64,000 nt of DNA from Octopus bimaculoides (GCF_001194135.2 NC_068990.1:20983792-21047791); one strand, 5' to 3'. Counted from the first letter of the stretch, positions 1 through 11,751 are shown. The notes: generated by a model not told the origin, from the sequence alone. Numbers and translations: made by a program.

Positions 1-48
<48 letters not shown>

Positions 49-1070
49 TCATATATTCTGTAAGTCTGTTTTGTGTCTTGTATCCGTGTTGTACGCGTAG
101 CCGTCTACCTATGAGAGATTGAAAGATTGAAAGAAAATGATAGAAAATGATAAACAGAAACCTATCCATTATCCAGTCTCCAGAATTAACGCACTTCAGG
201 AGGGCTGTATTTAGTCCCTCACTTTCCGTGTTAACTTGAGTACGATGTAGAAGCTGTTATCGATATTTTACATAGCCAGAGGTTAGTTAACATTTTTAAT
301 AACGCGTTTTAGAAACTTTCTTCATACAATGTGATGAAAACTGAATGATAAAGTGTCATTAAACAATTCTGAGTTGTCAAGTAAACAAAGAATGCGAAAT
401 CAAATTCATTCCAATACCTACATCTGGGAATATTTTTCCACCCACTAATTACTTATTTATATTTAGTCTTGTCTCAGCCTGTCTGTTCGTATATACGTAT
501 AAATGTATTTCGCTCCTGTTCTCGCTCTCTGTCTCTCAGTATGGAAGTGTGTATGCGCGTGTTTTATATGTCAGCTACGCACGCATATAACAGGCAAGGT
601 GCATCTTATAGAGAGAAATTATCACTAAAAGCGTCTTGCAGTTAATTCCAAATCAGTTAGAAACTGCGGTCAACGTCTGAATGTAATAAACGAATATGAA
701 AATGGAAATTTGAATTTACCCATTAACCTTTTGCTTATCCAAAGCATTTTCATAAGTTTGTCCAAAATGTCAGTGCTTGTTTTCAACCTCTTAGTTGGCC
801 ATGTTTCATTCGTTCTGAGTAATCTACAACTTTCATTTCATAAGCTTTAAGTATTCGGGTGGGTGGAAAAGCATTGGGAATGTATACCATATATGATGAA
901 TGGTCACCAGGGAAATATGTCATACTAGTGTCATATGTCATACAAATGTCGTTGTGTTGACTAAGAATTTACTGATGTATACTATAGCACAGTATATATA
1001 CATTAGCAACAAACATTGTCAGTGCTCTATTAATTTATTAAACTAGCTACCATGATTGCAATATATTTAT

Positions 1071-1112
1071 ACAGTCTGACGAAAGGTAACAGACCGAAAC
1101 TTCGAAGTTACT
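1071..1112 (+). ncRNA. Type I hammerhead ribozyme motif (host copy), interrupted by a SINE insertion; the rest of the helix I 3' strand resumes at 1538-1539
   Basis: ACAGT-CTGACGA-AA-GGT(aacag)ACC-GAA-ACT(tcga)AGT-T-ACT. Removing the insert at the TSD restores ACTGT, giving a 5-bp helix I (ACAGT/ACTGT). Core CUGANGA, GAAA and NUH are all present. Confidence 0.75.
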
Positions 1113-1192
1113 ACAGTTCTATATTTAAGAGATGAGGAATTCTGTACATTATTTACATTTGACGGATATTTGTCCTCATCTTGTTTGTTGTT

Positions 1193-1238
1193 AACACAAC
1201 GTTTCGGCTGATATACCCTGCAGCCTTCATCAGGTGTC
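1193..1238 (-). ncRNA. Minimal type I hammerhead ribozyme motif in the inverted SINE arm
   Basis: Minus strand reads GACAC-CTGATGA-A-GGCTG(cagggtatat)CAGCC-GAA-ACGT-T-GTGTT: helix I 5 bp, helix II 5 bp, palindromic ACGT helix III, GUU triplet. Confidence 0.8.
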
Positions 1239-1323
1239 TTGGGGATAAGGTGTAGTGGTTAAGAGCGCGGGCTACTAACCCCAAGATTCCGAGTTTGATT
1301 CCAGGTCAGTGACNNNNNNNNNN

Positions 1324-1377
<54 letters not shown>

Positions 1378-1426
1378 TCGAAAAATACCTTAGGAATGAG
1401 AACCCAGTTTCGAAATTTCTCCAAAT

Positions 1427-1470
1427 CACCTGATGAAGGCTGGAGGGTATATCAGCCGAAACGTTGTGTT
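1427..1470 (+). ncRNA. Minimal type I hammerhead ribozyme motif in the direct SINE arm (helix I weakened)
   Basis: CAC-CTGATGA-A-GGCTG(gagggtatat)CAGCC-GAA-ACGT-T-GTG. Only 3 clean helix I pairs, because the upstream sequence reads AATCAC rather than AGACAC. Confidence 0.7.
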
Positions 1471-1673
1471 AACAACAAACGAGATGAGGACAAATATCCG
1501 TCAAATGTAAATAATGTAAATAATATTCGAAGTTACTGTCACCCTCATTCTAGTGAAAGTTTAATAAACATGTGTTGGACAAAAAATATTGAGTAATCCT
1601 TCCGTTTTATGTTAAATTGTTTTGTATCTAACCTGTCATAAGAAGCAAACATTAATATAATATATTTGTGTAT

Positions 1674-1887
1674 GGTGGCGAGCTGGCAGAATCGTTAGCA
1701 CGCTGGGCAAAATGCGTAGCGGCATTTCGTCTATTTTTCCGTTCTGAGTTCATGTTCCGCTGATGTCGGTTTTACTTTTAATCCTTTCGAGGTTGATAAA
1801 ATAAGTACCAGTTGGACACTGGGGTCGATGTCATCGACTTATTCCTTCCATATAAATTGTTGATATTGTTTCTAAAATTTGAAACCA
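1674..1887 (+). mobile_element. SINE family 1 (tRNA-like head plus Deu/Nin-like central domain)
   Basis: GGCGAGCTGGCAGAATCGTTAGCACG...GTTCTGAGTTCA...CCTTTCGAGGTTGATAAAATAAGTACCAG...GGGGTCGATG...AAAATTTGAAACCA. More than 20 related copies in the window. The domain name comes from recalled similarity. Confidence 0.8.
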
Positions 1888-3195
1888 ATAAGATATACGT
1901 GTGAGTGTGAGTAAATACACACACACGCATACACACACACAGACGCACGCACGTACGCATACGTGCGAGCGCGCACGAACACACACGCCAAACATGCACA
2001 TATATATATATATATGTCTAGATCTAAGCACGGATGGATGGATGGATAGATGGATGGATTGATAGACGGACGGACGAAACCATAACTATCCGAAACACTT
2101 AAGCTGTTAGGAATGCTTTGCTTATAAATAGTGTCTCTGTGGACATTTCACAAGGCTTATTCGGTCGCTGATGTAACCCCAACAAAGGATTAAAGTCAGT
2201 CTGACCCTTATTGTCTTGCTGATGTCCCTACAACTATACTGTATATCCAGAAGTGTTTACAGCTGTCTATTACGTATGTTATTGGTTAAGATTCTCAAAG
2301 TATATTCTACAGTACAATACAGCTCTGAAACACAACAGTTAACGCGTTACTAAAGCATATCTCTGCGTATGTATGTATAATCATTGTGAATATGTGTGAA
2401 TGCAAGCTTTGATCTACCCGACTAAATGGAAAGTTAGACACGCAAATATTTCGTTTAAGTTTCCATGTCATGTTCCTTGCAAAATAATTAATAGAGTAAT
2501 AGATCTCATTCAGTCAAGAAGCACTTCATTACAGTTCTCAAATGATGTCAGCCACAAAGAAAGTCACAGCAATTGTTATGTAAATGAGCTCGTGTATTTT
2601 TAAAACACCTGGCAGAAATGGCTGCCTCTGTCGTTGTTTCGAAAGTTAAAGCTTATGTTATTGAACCAACGTCACAAACTGCTGCTAACGGTTATTTGAT
2701 ACTTGTTTGAATACACATAGAGAGACAGAGCGTCGCAGCTGGCTGAGAAGATAGGATGTCTGACTACCAGTCGCATGAGTAGTGGTTCATATCCTGTCAC
2801 TGACAGCTGCGCTTCGTCCATAGCCGTGACTCGACATAACTCTTGCTAGTTCATTTCATTTCATTTCACGCGAATTAGCTTAGTAAATAACATCTTATGA
2901 TGCAACTAGTAACAATATTTTAGAAGTGATTTATGTTTTAGGGGAGAGGCCAGAGTTTTGTAACAAGGAAAGTTCATTCTATTGAATAATCCTAGCTAGC
3001 TTACGACTGTTTTAGCAAAGATAACAAGAAAAAACAAGTTGTTAAAATCAACTTGGCATTCACTAGATTTGATTACGTAAGCGGAAAATCGCGAGATTTG
3101 AGGTTAAAAGTAATGAGGAAATTATTATCAAATTTGTTTCTTAGATAACTTGCTATAAAAATAAACATCAATATATATGGTGTGCGGTGAGTGAA

Positions 3196-3228
<33 letters not shown>

Positions 3229-3376
3229 GACATACATATATACAGATACACATATATGTAGAAAGCGTCATCATCCAGGATTGAACCTGGAATGCAAAAT
3301 TACTTCACAAAATATATACCATAGGGAAATTTCATTCAGCGAACCAATGATTGTACTACACGCGACATGTTTTGAA

Positions 3377-3588
3377 GGCGGCGACCTGAGAGAAACATTA
3401 GCAGACCGGGTGAAATGCCAAGAGTTATTTTGTCTGCCATTAAGTTCTGAGTTCAAATTCCGCCGAGGTCAACTTTGCGTTTATCCTTTCGTGGTCGATA
3501 AATTAAGTACCAGTCATGTACTGGGGTCGATCTAATCGACTGTCCCCCCACCCACAAAATTTCGGGCCTTGTTCGTAGAGTAGAAAAG
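3377..3588 (+). mobile_element. SINE family 1 copy
   Basis: Same head, GAGTTCAAATTCCGCCGAGGTCAACTTTG body, tail ...AGAGTAGAAAAG. Confidence 0.8.
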
Positions 3589-4965
3589 TATACACAGCAT
3601 GTTTTATGCGAGCATATGTGTGTCTGAAAGTATATTTAAATACACGTCTGTCGACTTAAGGCTATATGTAATGTTAAAGTCTATAGAAACACCAGAAGCA
3701 TTTTCAAGTGTGCTACAATTGTTATAATCATAGGGGAATGGAATTAATGAACGGTGAATATGCGGAGAAAAATAATGCGTGAAAAACATACTGTCAATTA
3801 TTTAGTAAATGCATTAAAGTTTGTTTATGAACAACAGCTATTTATTTCGACAATTAATTAGCAGATATTTCAACAAAGGCGGATGGAAATGTCAGCTTGG
3901 AGCGACGAAGTAATTTTTACGAATAATCTGTAAAATATTGTGTGAAAGTGCAATATGCTGAAGGCAATTTTCGTCTGTTTATTTCTTCTCATAATATGTT
4001 TGTTTGTTTGCTTAAAGGCGTTTTCTGTACTGAATAATTATTGAAAAACAAATGCGCACACGAAAATGAAAAGAAGATAAAAATGAGAATGGATGTACAC
4101 ACATCTTCAATCCACTTGCATTTTCTAATTGATTGGAAAAGTACTTTTGCTTGCTTCTTGTCAAAATTAAAAAAAGTCATTGCCGTTAGTAGAACGCTGG
4201 AGAAATATCGTAACGGTATTGCAACATCAAACACAGATACATACATTTTTATATATATATATATATATATATATNNNNNNNNNNNNNNNNNNNNNNNNNN
4301 NNNNNNNNNNNNNNNNNNNNNNNNNNNNNNNNNNNNNNNNNNNNNNNNNNNNNNNNNNNNNNNNNNNNNNNNNNNNNNNNNNNNNNNNNNNNNNNNNNNN
4401 NNNNNNNNNNNNNNNNNNNNNNNNNNNNNNNNNNNNNNNNNNNNNNNNNNNNNNNNNNNNNNNNNNNNNNNNNNNNNNNNNNNNNNNNNNNNNNNNNNNN
4501 NNNNNNNNNNNNNNNNNNNNNNNNNNNNNNNNNNNNNNNNNNNNNNNNNNNNNNNNNNNNNNNNNNNNNNNNNNNNNNNNNNNNNNNNNNNNNNNNNNNN
4601 NNNNNNNNNNNNNNNNNNNNNNNNNNNNNNNNNNNNNNNNNNNNNNNNNNNNNNNNNNNNNNNNNNNNNNNNNNNNNNNNNNNNNNNNNNNNNNNNNNNN
4701 NNNNNNNNNNNNNNNNNNNNNNNNNNNNNNNNNNNNNNNNNNNNNNNNNNNNNNNNNNNNNNNNNNNNNNNNNNNNNNNNNNNNNNNNNNNNNNNNNNNN
4801 NNNNNNNNNNNNNNNNNNNNNNNNNNNNNNNNNNNNNNNNNNNNNNNNNNNNNNNNNNNNNNNNNNNNNNNNNNNNNNNNNNNNNNNNNNNNNNNNNNNN
4901 NNNNNNNNNNNNNNNNNNNNNNNNNNNNNNNNNNNNNNNNNNNNNNNNNNNNNNNNNNNNNNNNN

Positions 4966-5254
4966 GTTTTCCTTCTCTGTGCTTCTCTTTCAACAAGGTA
5001 TTAACTTGCAAGTCAATAAGCTCCAGTTGTATTTCAGTTAGCATGTTATCAAGATAACAGCCAAAGGGATTCTCAAACAAAAGAATTTCATTCTCAATTC
5101 TGTCCAACTTTGAAAATCTTTGAGGAAAATATTTATTTAAGACCCGAATAATTTTTTTTCTGAAACTTGAGGTTAAGATGTTCCATATTGTCTGTGCAAA
5201 ACTCTCGAAAACACTGACAATGAGAGAAGTTTCCTCCTTCAAATTGTACTTCAA
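4966..5254 (-). mobile_element. hAT-superfamily (Charlie/SPIN-like) transposase fragment
   Basis: Translation RFSKLDRIENEILLFENPF...IQLELIDLQVNTLLKEK resembles the region preceding the hAT dimerisation domain. Truncated by an N-gap. Confidence 0.65.
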
Positions 5255-5334
5255 ACAATAAGAGCTTCCCCGAAATGCTGTAATAATTCTGTAGAGATCA
5301 CAGACAAGGTTAACCTTTCCCTGCAGTTTCCCAA

Positions 5335-5900
5335 AACCTCCATTGGCTACTATGCTGTAAGTATGGATATGAGGTTACGGGTGCTTGATACCAACATACA
5401 CAGGAAAAGGTAATGGACTAAAAGGGGAAGGCAAAAATCCTCTCGGACTTTGACTTCCAGACAGACAAGGTATTAGAGCACCGAAGGCCGGATATAGTAA
5501 CCTTTTAGGAGGGACAAACAAGAGTGCCTAATAATCGACGTGGCAGTGCCAAGAGATCGATATATCATAAAAGAAAGAGAAAAGGTTGATAAGCATGGAG
5601 ACCTGAGAATTTAGATCGCTAAAATATGGCAGGTACCAGAGTCAAACATAAAGTTTATCCCTATTGTCATTGGAGCATTGAGTTCAAAACGACCCAGTCT
5701 GAAAAAAACATCTGTAAATCATAGAAATACCCTTCAATCTAGACGTATTGCAAAAGGTCGGCATTACTTGGAACTGCACGAATATTTCGTAAAGGACTGT
5801 CTGTCTGAGTTCCTTGTGACTTGACAAACAGTACAAAGCCCCGGTAGACACAATATCTTCAATCAACAATCTCACGATATTGTATACTGTGCTACGTCTA
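5335..5900 (+). mobile_element. R4/Dong-like non-LTR retrotransposon 3' fragment (restriction-like endonuclease region)
   Basis: LHWLLCCKYG, AKILSDFDFQTDKVLEHRRPDIV, CLIIDVAVP and KFIPIVIGAL, with stops and frameshifts; followed by (TAA)n. Confidence 0.85.
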
Positions 5901-5917
5901 TAATAATAATGATGATG

Positions 5918-5991
<74 letters not shown>

Positions 5992-6050
5992 AAGAAGAAG
6001 AAGAAGAAGAAGAAGAAGAAGAAGAAGAAGAAGAAGAAGAAGAAGAAGAA
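5901..6050 (+). repeat. Compound microsatellite (TAA)n-(GAA)n
   Basis: Directly visible. Confidence 0.97.
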
Positions 6051-6097
6051 TTCCGAGTGAGGGGATAAGTCAATACATCGACCCTCAGTGCTCAGCT

Positions 6098-6137
<40 letters not shown>

Positions 6138-6826
6138 CTTCTCTCTCTCAAGTGTCCAAACGCGCAACCATCATTGATTTTTAGTTACACGTGCTTTGCA
6201 CACGCAATAAAATTGATAAACGCATTCATAATTAAATAGCAAATTCATTACAATAATCATAGATCAGAAAAGAAAGTTAACTTTGTATCACCTGTTAGGA
6301 TATACTGTGACAGTTGTTCTAATATACAGGTGCACGCTTCACCTTTCATTGAATCGTGATATGAACTGGGTGGAGTATAAATTATGAGAGAATGATAAAC
6401 ATATGGGACGAAGATGGGTGGCATTGTATCAGTACATAACTCCTTTAATATTCCCTTTTACAACACTTTCTAAATGTATCACTCTTTCTTTTTAACAGTT
6501 CGCACGCCTCCCTAATTAGCTAGCATTCCAATTCACATACCATTTGTATTCATCTAACCCCTCTCCTCCATGTTTGTTTTCTTTTCCATGTATATACAAA
6601 TTGTTGTTTCGTATAAAAGATTTAGTTTTCATTCGCTTTCACACTTCTCTCTCGTAAACAACACGTCTTTGTTACATACGTAAATTAGTTGATTGCTTTT
6701 TTTCTGTTCACATATAAATAATTTTTCGTTTCAAGATAACCATATTAAAGACTATTTCTTTCAGTTTTATAATATACTAGTCGTAAATACATAAAACGTA
6801 GTCATAATTAAATAATAAACCATATC

Positions 6827-6868
<42 letters not shown>

Positions 6869-7125
6869 TAGAAAACTATTTGGCTATACGACAGAAATGA
6901 AACAAGACGTGCGAAAATAACGGTAGTAAGAATGTGATCCTTTCTGTCTTGGAACGCTGATAAAATGCTTTGATAACGTTGTGTTAGCATATGTTTTCGG
7001 ATATTTTAATTTGAATCGTATTTTAGACCATTTTTTCTGTATCTAAACATGCTGGCGCAATATAAACGATCGTCAATAATGCATGATGGAATGAATTTTC
7101 TCAATTCGTGTTCTTATACATGTGT

Positions 7126-7167
<42 letters not shown>

Positions 7168-7386
7168 TTGTGTGTGTGTGTATTTATAAACCGGTTGTCA
7201 AGCGATGATGGGAGAGCAAACACAAACACAGATAACAAATACATGCATATACACAGACATGCAGGAAGTAAATAGACACATCTAGTTTTCAAAAATTCTG
7301 ATCTAAGCGTCTTAATATGTTTTCAGCGGTGTAGAATTTGCAATGTAATTATTCTTTTTCATTCCAGGTGTCATTATATTAAATAC

Positions 7387-7740
7387 TTGGGAAGAGTGAC
7401 CTTGTCACTCATAAAAAATTCAGTAGAACTGTCAGATTTTCAAAGAGGTCGTATTGCTGGGCAATCTGAGGTTGGTCTTAGCCAGCGAAAAATTGCCGAA
7501 AATCTTCAAATTCCTCTTGCTACTGTTAGTAGAATTATATTGCAATTCAAAAGCCAAAGAAAAGAATCAACAGGTTCTCATCCCGGCTGACCTGGGCCCA
7601 CGGAAAGGAAGCTTCGCTGTTTTAAGAGAATCGTGGAAAACAAACCCCATTTGAAGGCTTCTGACATTGCAAAACTGCTAGAAGTTAATCCAAGAACGTG
7701 TGTTACATATCTGCATAAGCTTGGGTATTGTGGACGAAAA
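7387..7740 (+). mobile_element. Tc1-like transposase N-terminal DNA-binding domain fragment
   Basis: [38 protein letters not shown]...HPG*PG...KRIVENKPHLKASDIAKLLEVNPRTCVTYLHKLGYCGRK in one frame, with a single TGA at the G-R-P motif. Confidence 0.85.
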
Positions 7741-7794
7741 CTTTTGCAGCGAATGATAGGAGGAACCAAATACTTATGGATATCTTTCATCTTT

Positions 7795-8150
7795 TATCTT
7801 TTACTTGGTTCAGTCATTAGATTTCGGCCCTGCTGGGGCACAACCCTAAATAATTTCAGTTGGACAAACTTATCCACTACACAGACACAGACACACAGAC
7901 CCCCCCTCACACGTACACACGCATACACACATATACACACGCACACACACAGGCATACACAAACACACACAAACGCACACACACCTATATACGACGGGTG
8001 TTTTTGAGTTTCTGTCTACCTGATCCACTAAAAGTTTTTGGTCGGCCGGGAGTTATTGTAGAAGACACTCGACCAAGATGGCACGGAGTGGGAATGAGTT
8101 TGGAACCATGGGGCTGGGAAGCAAAATTCCTCCCGCGCAAGGGACCACAC
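7795..8150 (-). mobile_element. SINE family 2 (tRNA head, CORE-like ACCTTGGGCAAGT block, internal microsatellite), diverged copy
   Basis: Reverse complement matches the 17783-18196 copy at both ends, with an internal (CA)n tract. Confidence 0.7.
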
Positions 8151-8772
8151 AGACCTTGCTTTCACGGCTAAGTGTAATGTCATTAAATTTTCTTTGAAAC
8201 GTCTATAGGAATTCTAAATCATGATCGTGCCTCAATTTTGAAACCGGTAAAAACAGTAACTCCTCAGCCTTATTGTAGAAAGTTCCACAAAATTCGATCA
8301 GGGTCAACATATAAACTACTTAGATTTTTTAACATGCCCCAGTATTGCTGCAAAGCAATGCATACCCATATTTAATGATGTCTAAGCTTAAATTGCTGAA
8401 ATATGAAGTCTTATAGTGTTCTCCATGTTCAACTGATATTTCACCAAGTGATTATCGGCTTACAAAGATTTGCCCACCTTCATATTCGTAATCAAATGAC
8501 CAATGATAAAGAAGCCATATCTGTTGATGGTAGCGCAGTTGTGGCTGTAAAACGCCTAAAGAATTTTATAGAGATGATATCCAATCATTAGAGATTCGAA
8601 GGAAAAAAGTTGTTTTGTTGAATTCCTTCAGACGTTCATGACGCGATTAAAGCATTTTCGTTATACATAAATTATTCTACTACACAAAACAAGGTATTAC
8701 ATTTAAACATACATAAGCACATGTACACATAATGCTAGTGTGCATTTACGTATGTATATATGTATATAGTGA

Positions 8773-9108
8773 AGATATGTGGCTTAGTGGTTAAGAGCAT
8801 CGAACTTACGATCGTGAGGTTAGGAGTTCGAATCCCGGAACGGGCTGCGTGTTGTATTCTTGAGCAAGATACTTTATTTCACGTTGCTGCAGTTCCCTCA
8901 GCTGTAGAAATGAGTTGCCACGTCACAGGTGCAAAGCTGTATCGGCCTTTGCCTTTCCCTTGGATAACACTGTTGGCGTGGATTGGGGAGGCGGGTATGC
9001 ATGGGCGGACTGATGGTCTTCTATAAACAAACTTGCCCGAACTTGTGCCTCGGAGAGTAACTTTCTAGGTGCAATCCCATGGTCATTCTTAACCGAAGTG
9101 ATCTCCGA
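8773..9108 (+). mobile_element. SINE family 3 (tRNA head plus TGTTGT..CTTGAGCAAGA.ACTTTATTTCAC central domain)
   Basis: TGGCTTAGTGGTTAAG A-box and GGAGTTCGAATCC B-box. Central domain shared with 25805-26107. Ends in (TATG)n/(TG)n. Confidence 0.75.
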
Positions 9109-9142
9109 TGTATTTATGTATTTATGTATGTATGTATGTACG

Positions 9143-9187
<45 letters not shown>

Positions 9188-9899
9188 GTATGTGTGTGTG
9201 CGTGTATATGTATCTATCTATGTATGTATGCATGTTTGTGTGTGGGTATATATATGTATATATGTATGCGTGTATGCTCTGTGTATGCCATTAAATCGCA
9301 TCTAATGATGAGGCTACAAGTCTGGTGTTCTGGAGTTGTGGGTGCATCGAGTCACCCCTTAATTTCCATTGCTACCGTTCTGAATCGGAACGGTAATACC
9401 TGTCAGAGTTTCGTCTATGGGTTAAAAACATTTCCCTATAGTAGAGGAGGCTACCGTTGTTTCTTTCTTTCTTTCTTTCTTTCTTTTTTTTTTCTTTTCT
9501 TTGGCAAAGCCGTGGGGGAAGGTAGCTCTTGTCGGAGAAAGATACTCCCATATGAAACTTGCTGTCCAAATAGTGTTAGTCGTTTTGCAATACTTGTCAT
9601 TGCAAAACTGTGAACCGAGAAATTGGCAAGAGTGTTGTGCAAGCTTTTCTAACTTAAATCCGACGCCGTACATATGTCTTACTCTCATTTATATGAAACG
9701 TCAATCATCTGACAAGAAGAGGCAATCATTACGTATGTATGTATGTACGTACGTACGTACGTACGTATGTATGTATGTATGTATGTATGTATGTATGTGT
9801 GTATTTATTTATATACGTATGCATGCATGTATTTTGCTTGATCACTACTCATTTGTAGCTTGCTAACTGTCACACGCATACATTCCTGTTTCTGTTGCT

Positions 9900-10800
9900 T
9901 CCCTTCTCTTACTGTCCGCTCTTCTCTAAACTGAGACTAAAACAGTCCCCTTCACCATTTTGTCTTCTACGTGACTGACAATACATCTGCAGATATTACA
10001 TATTTCTTACCATCTCCTGTATATTCTACTAAACTCTTTGAACATTTTCCTATTGTTGTTTAATTTTTATCAGTGTCTTTCACAGTATTCATGTATTTTT
10101 TTCTCATTCCAAAAGTTCATACTTTGTCTCTTTCTTAAAAATACTTTCACAATACTTTGCATCCACATCAACCACACCCTTTTCACTGTCCTCCCATAGA
10201 ATATATATCGTTAGTGTATTTAATCCCTTAGAATCGTCCACCGTCACACGTTCTGGCATACACGCTTTCGCACAAAACACCTTAAAAAAATTATGTATAT
10301 ATCAACAGCTCGCACCACTTACATTAACATACGCCACCAAACTTCTTCACTCGCATACCTATATCCTCATTTATTCACCACACTAGCACAATCAATCTCT
10401 CTTATTTCCGCTTCCGAACACAAAGACACTGGTATCTTTACATCTACACAAACACTCCTTCTTTCTTCCTAAATCCACTTCGTAGAACATCAATCCTGTA
10501 ACATTTGACACTTTCTTCCACTGATTATCTTTTTCTTTTCCCCTCGCCTTATGCTTCTTTACTTCTGATGAAGCTTTAACATCCAAAATGTTACGAAACT
10601 TACTCGTTCTATAGAAGCGGTAGCCTAATAATGTATTTATCATTTCTAAAGATGTGACTTGCTGTGTACAAAAACAGTTTAAGACTCTCAGATTTTTAAA
10701 ACGGTAATCAGAAAAAAACAATAGAACATATTTAGAGATAGTAGTTTCTCCATACAAAAGAGGTCTTGACATATAACACCTCTTAATCAAAGAGATATCT
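9900..10800 (-). mobile_element. Heavily decayed LINE-like fragment, possibly an L1/Tx1 ORF2 C-terminus
   Basis: Broken reading frames with coding-like composition and a Cys motif (GRKKECLCRCKD) where L1 elements carry a zinc finger. Family assignment is weak. Confidence 0.35.
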
Positions 10801-10949
10801 GATCATACGATGACTAAATGAAGACTCTTAACACAAGCATTTCCTCAATAACTAAATTCACCTTATTTCCATCGAGCTTCCAAATACATTTGTTTATATC
10901 GATCTACCCGACTTCCATTTCAGAAACTTTAATTTTTTTATTGTATCAA

Positions 10950-11751
10950 TCATGAGACTGGGGCCATAATGGGGCACCGTCTTGAAAATATTTTAGTCAA
11001 ACAAATCGAATCCAGTTCTATTTGTCTTTAAGCCTGGTATTTATTCAATTGGTCTGTTTTGCTGGAAGGCAAAGTTATGGGGCCGTAAACACGCTAACAC
11101 CGGTGTTTGGGCCAGGTGGTGACGGGGTAGAAACACAGCCACGAAGACACACAGAGACACACACGTCTGTGTGTGTCTATGTATATATATATATATATAT
11201 ATATAATAATAATAATATTATTAGGGACAAAATCCAAAATTACAGGTAAAAAACTCAATTAAAATCAATTTATAAAAAATTAAAATTAAATTGAGCCTTA
11301 NNNNNNNNNNNNNNNNNNNNNNNNNNNNNNNNNNNNNNNNNNNNNNNNNNNNNNNNNNNNNNNNNNNNNNNNNNNNNNNNNNNNNNNNNNNNNNNNNNNN
11401 NNNNNNNNNNNNNNNNNNNNNNNNNNNNNNNNNNNNNNNNNNNNNNNNNNNNNNNNNNNNNNNNNNNNNNNNNNNNNNNNNNNNNNNNNNNNNNNNNNNN
11501 NNNNNNNNNNNNNNNNNNNNNNNNNNCAGATCGTAATTAGAACAATAATTAGATATATATCTCAACCAACAATAAGTACCAAATGAATTAATATGAAATA
11601 CTTATTATATAAAGATAGAAAAATTATTTAAAAAATATCATAATATCAAAATAATAACCATTCAATAATCATCCCTTCATCCATAATAATAACATGTATA
11701 TTATATACAAAAAACATCTTACCTAAATTATCATTGTTTTAAATTATCATT

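Larger units (their letters stand above)
1113..1525 (+). mobile_element. tRNA-headed SINE with a hammerhead-bearing tail and an inverted copy of its own 3' part at the 5' end (Penelope-like configuration)
   Basis: A-box TAGTGGTTAAG (1253-1263), B-box-like GAGTTTGATTCC (1291-1302), internal (TAA)n. Segment 1139-1245 is the reverse complement of about 1418-1524 with few mismatches. Flanked by the direct repeat TTCGAAGTTACT (1101-1112 and 1526-1537). Confidence 0.8.

Noticed and set aside
2071-2115. CGGACGA...CCGAAACACTTAAGCTGTT as a decayed hammerhead
   Set aside because: Core U4 is changed, helix II does not pair and helix I has no partner. The start overlaps a (GGAC)n repeat.
8773-8845. tRNA-gene-like sequences (also at 1249-1313, 17783, 33027 and others)
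   Set aside because: A/B boxes are present, but there is no complete cloverleaf acceptor stem and each continues into a SINE body.
10565-10620. CTGATGA...TAACAT/ATGTTA...CGAAA as a hammerhead
   Set aside because: It needs a multi-base insertion before helix II, and no helix I can form without using core bases. It lies inside a LINE-like fragment.
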